Source of the DNA: Euglena gracilis
Lineage: Eukaryota
Reading direction: 5' to 3'
Assembly: GCA_039621445.1 (NCBI GenBank)
Contig: CP154954.1
Location: 12,766,716 to 12,830,715, forward strand
DNA: 64,000 nt
Within the stretch, counting starts at the first letter, position 1; the number at the start of each line of letters is the position of its first letter. Position numbers and translations under genes: made by a program. Shown here one piece after another: positions 63,238 to 64,000 of the stretch. The notes below the pieces were generated by a model. It was not told where the DNA came from, did no database searches, and was given only the letters and a program-made list of their open reading frames with translations.

Positions 63238-63595
63238 CCCCCCGAATAGAAGCCCCCCCCCCCCCTCGGTTTTTGACCAACGTTCCGAATAGTGCCCCCC
63301 CCCGAGTAGTAGGCCACTCCCCGTGGGTTGTCTGTGAATTGAGACAGCAAGTGCTTTGGCTCCTTCAGCCATTGGTTAAATGAGGGTTGGGTGAATTTAC
63401 ATTTTCTGATCCAATGCATCCACAAGAGTATATTTGCAGTAAATTTGACATGGTTTGGAAAGGTAAGATACGTAGACCCACAAACCATTTTTCCGAATAG
63501 TGACCCCCCCCCCGAATAGAAGCCCCCCCCCCCCCGGTGTTCGACCAACTTTCCGAATAGTAGCCCCCGGGGGCTTCTATTCAGGATGGGGTTTA
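63238..63595. repeat. MITE-like repeat with ccccgaatagaagccccc units
   Basis: Direct repeats near 63238 and 63505 and an inverted copy gggggcttctattc at ~63569-63582. Confidence 0.55.
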
Positions 63596-64000
63596 CCAGA
63601 GGTCTCCACATGGACCTGGACCCGGCCCCTGAAAAACCTGGTTGTTGAGAGGGTGTGGCAGGGTGAAGAAGCCACTGCCGGTGGTGGTTGGGGTGGTATG
63701 TGATGTGGTCTGTCTGAAGAGATTCATCCCCGCTGCAAATTCGGTGGGATCTCCCGACCCTTCCCGGGACATAGACCATTCTCTCCGCTGTGGACCATTT
63801 CCCCTGCAGCCTTGGCAAACCACCGCCTGCACACGCCTTGACAAACACCCCAAACACGCACCCCTTCCCTCCTCTTAACCCCATCATTTTCCCCCTCCGT
63901 AAATCGCCCAAACAAAATGTAAAATCCGAGGCGGGGGGAGCCAGAAAATTTGGAATCCACTTTTGGATACCTGAGACTCCGGAAGCTTCGTCGGCCTCCC

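Overview
Eukaryotic, repeat-rich DNA with no recognisable housekeeping, rRNA or tRNA gene. A euglenid host is inferred from the articulin-type VPV repeats but is not proven. Positions 1-21.2 kb and 60.9-64 kb are mixed-composition, intron/intergenic-like DNA with microsatellites and many small TIR elements. Positions 21.5-60.9 kb are a GC-rich retroelement pile-up on (CT)n/(GA)n tracts. Its core is a head-to-tail, minus-strand array of Penelope-like elements (PLEs) with the permuted Chlamys/Naiad layout: N-terminal GIY-YIG endonuclease, CxC linker, then RT. There are four young family-A units, one older A' unit, and a fragmented divergent family B. After the RT the frame continues through Pro-rich repeats, an articulin-like VPV domain, a Trp-rich domain, a conserved 2A/StopGo-like motif (W-x-x-[GS]-x-R-I-G-E-A-x-x-P-G-P; 7 copies, 3 lineages) and a coiled coil. 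It then crosses the unit junction in frame towards the next unit's endonuclease, so the consensus unit appears to have no stop codon. An APE-RT-RNase H LINE with a 17-bp TSD and a C12 tail is inserted in family B, and that composite has since been rearranged by two adjacent inversions and a 1,277-bp tandem duplication. All assignments are by motif recognition; no searches were run.
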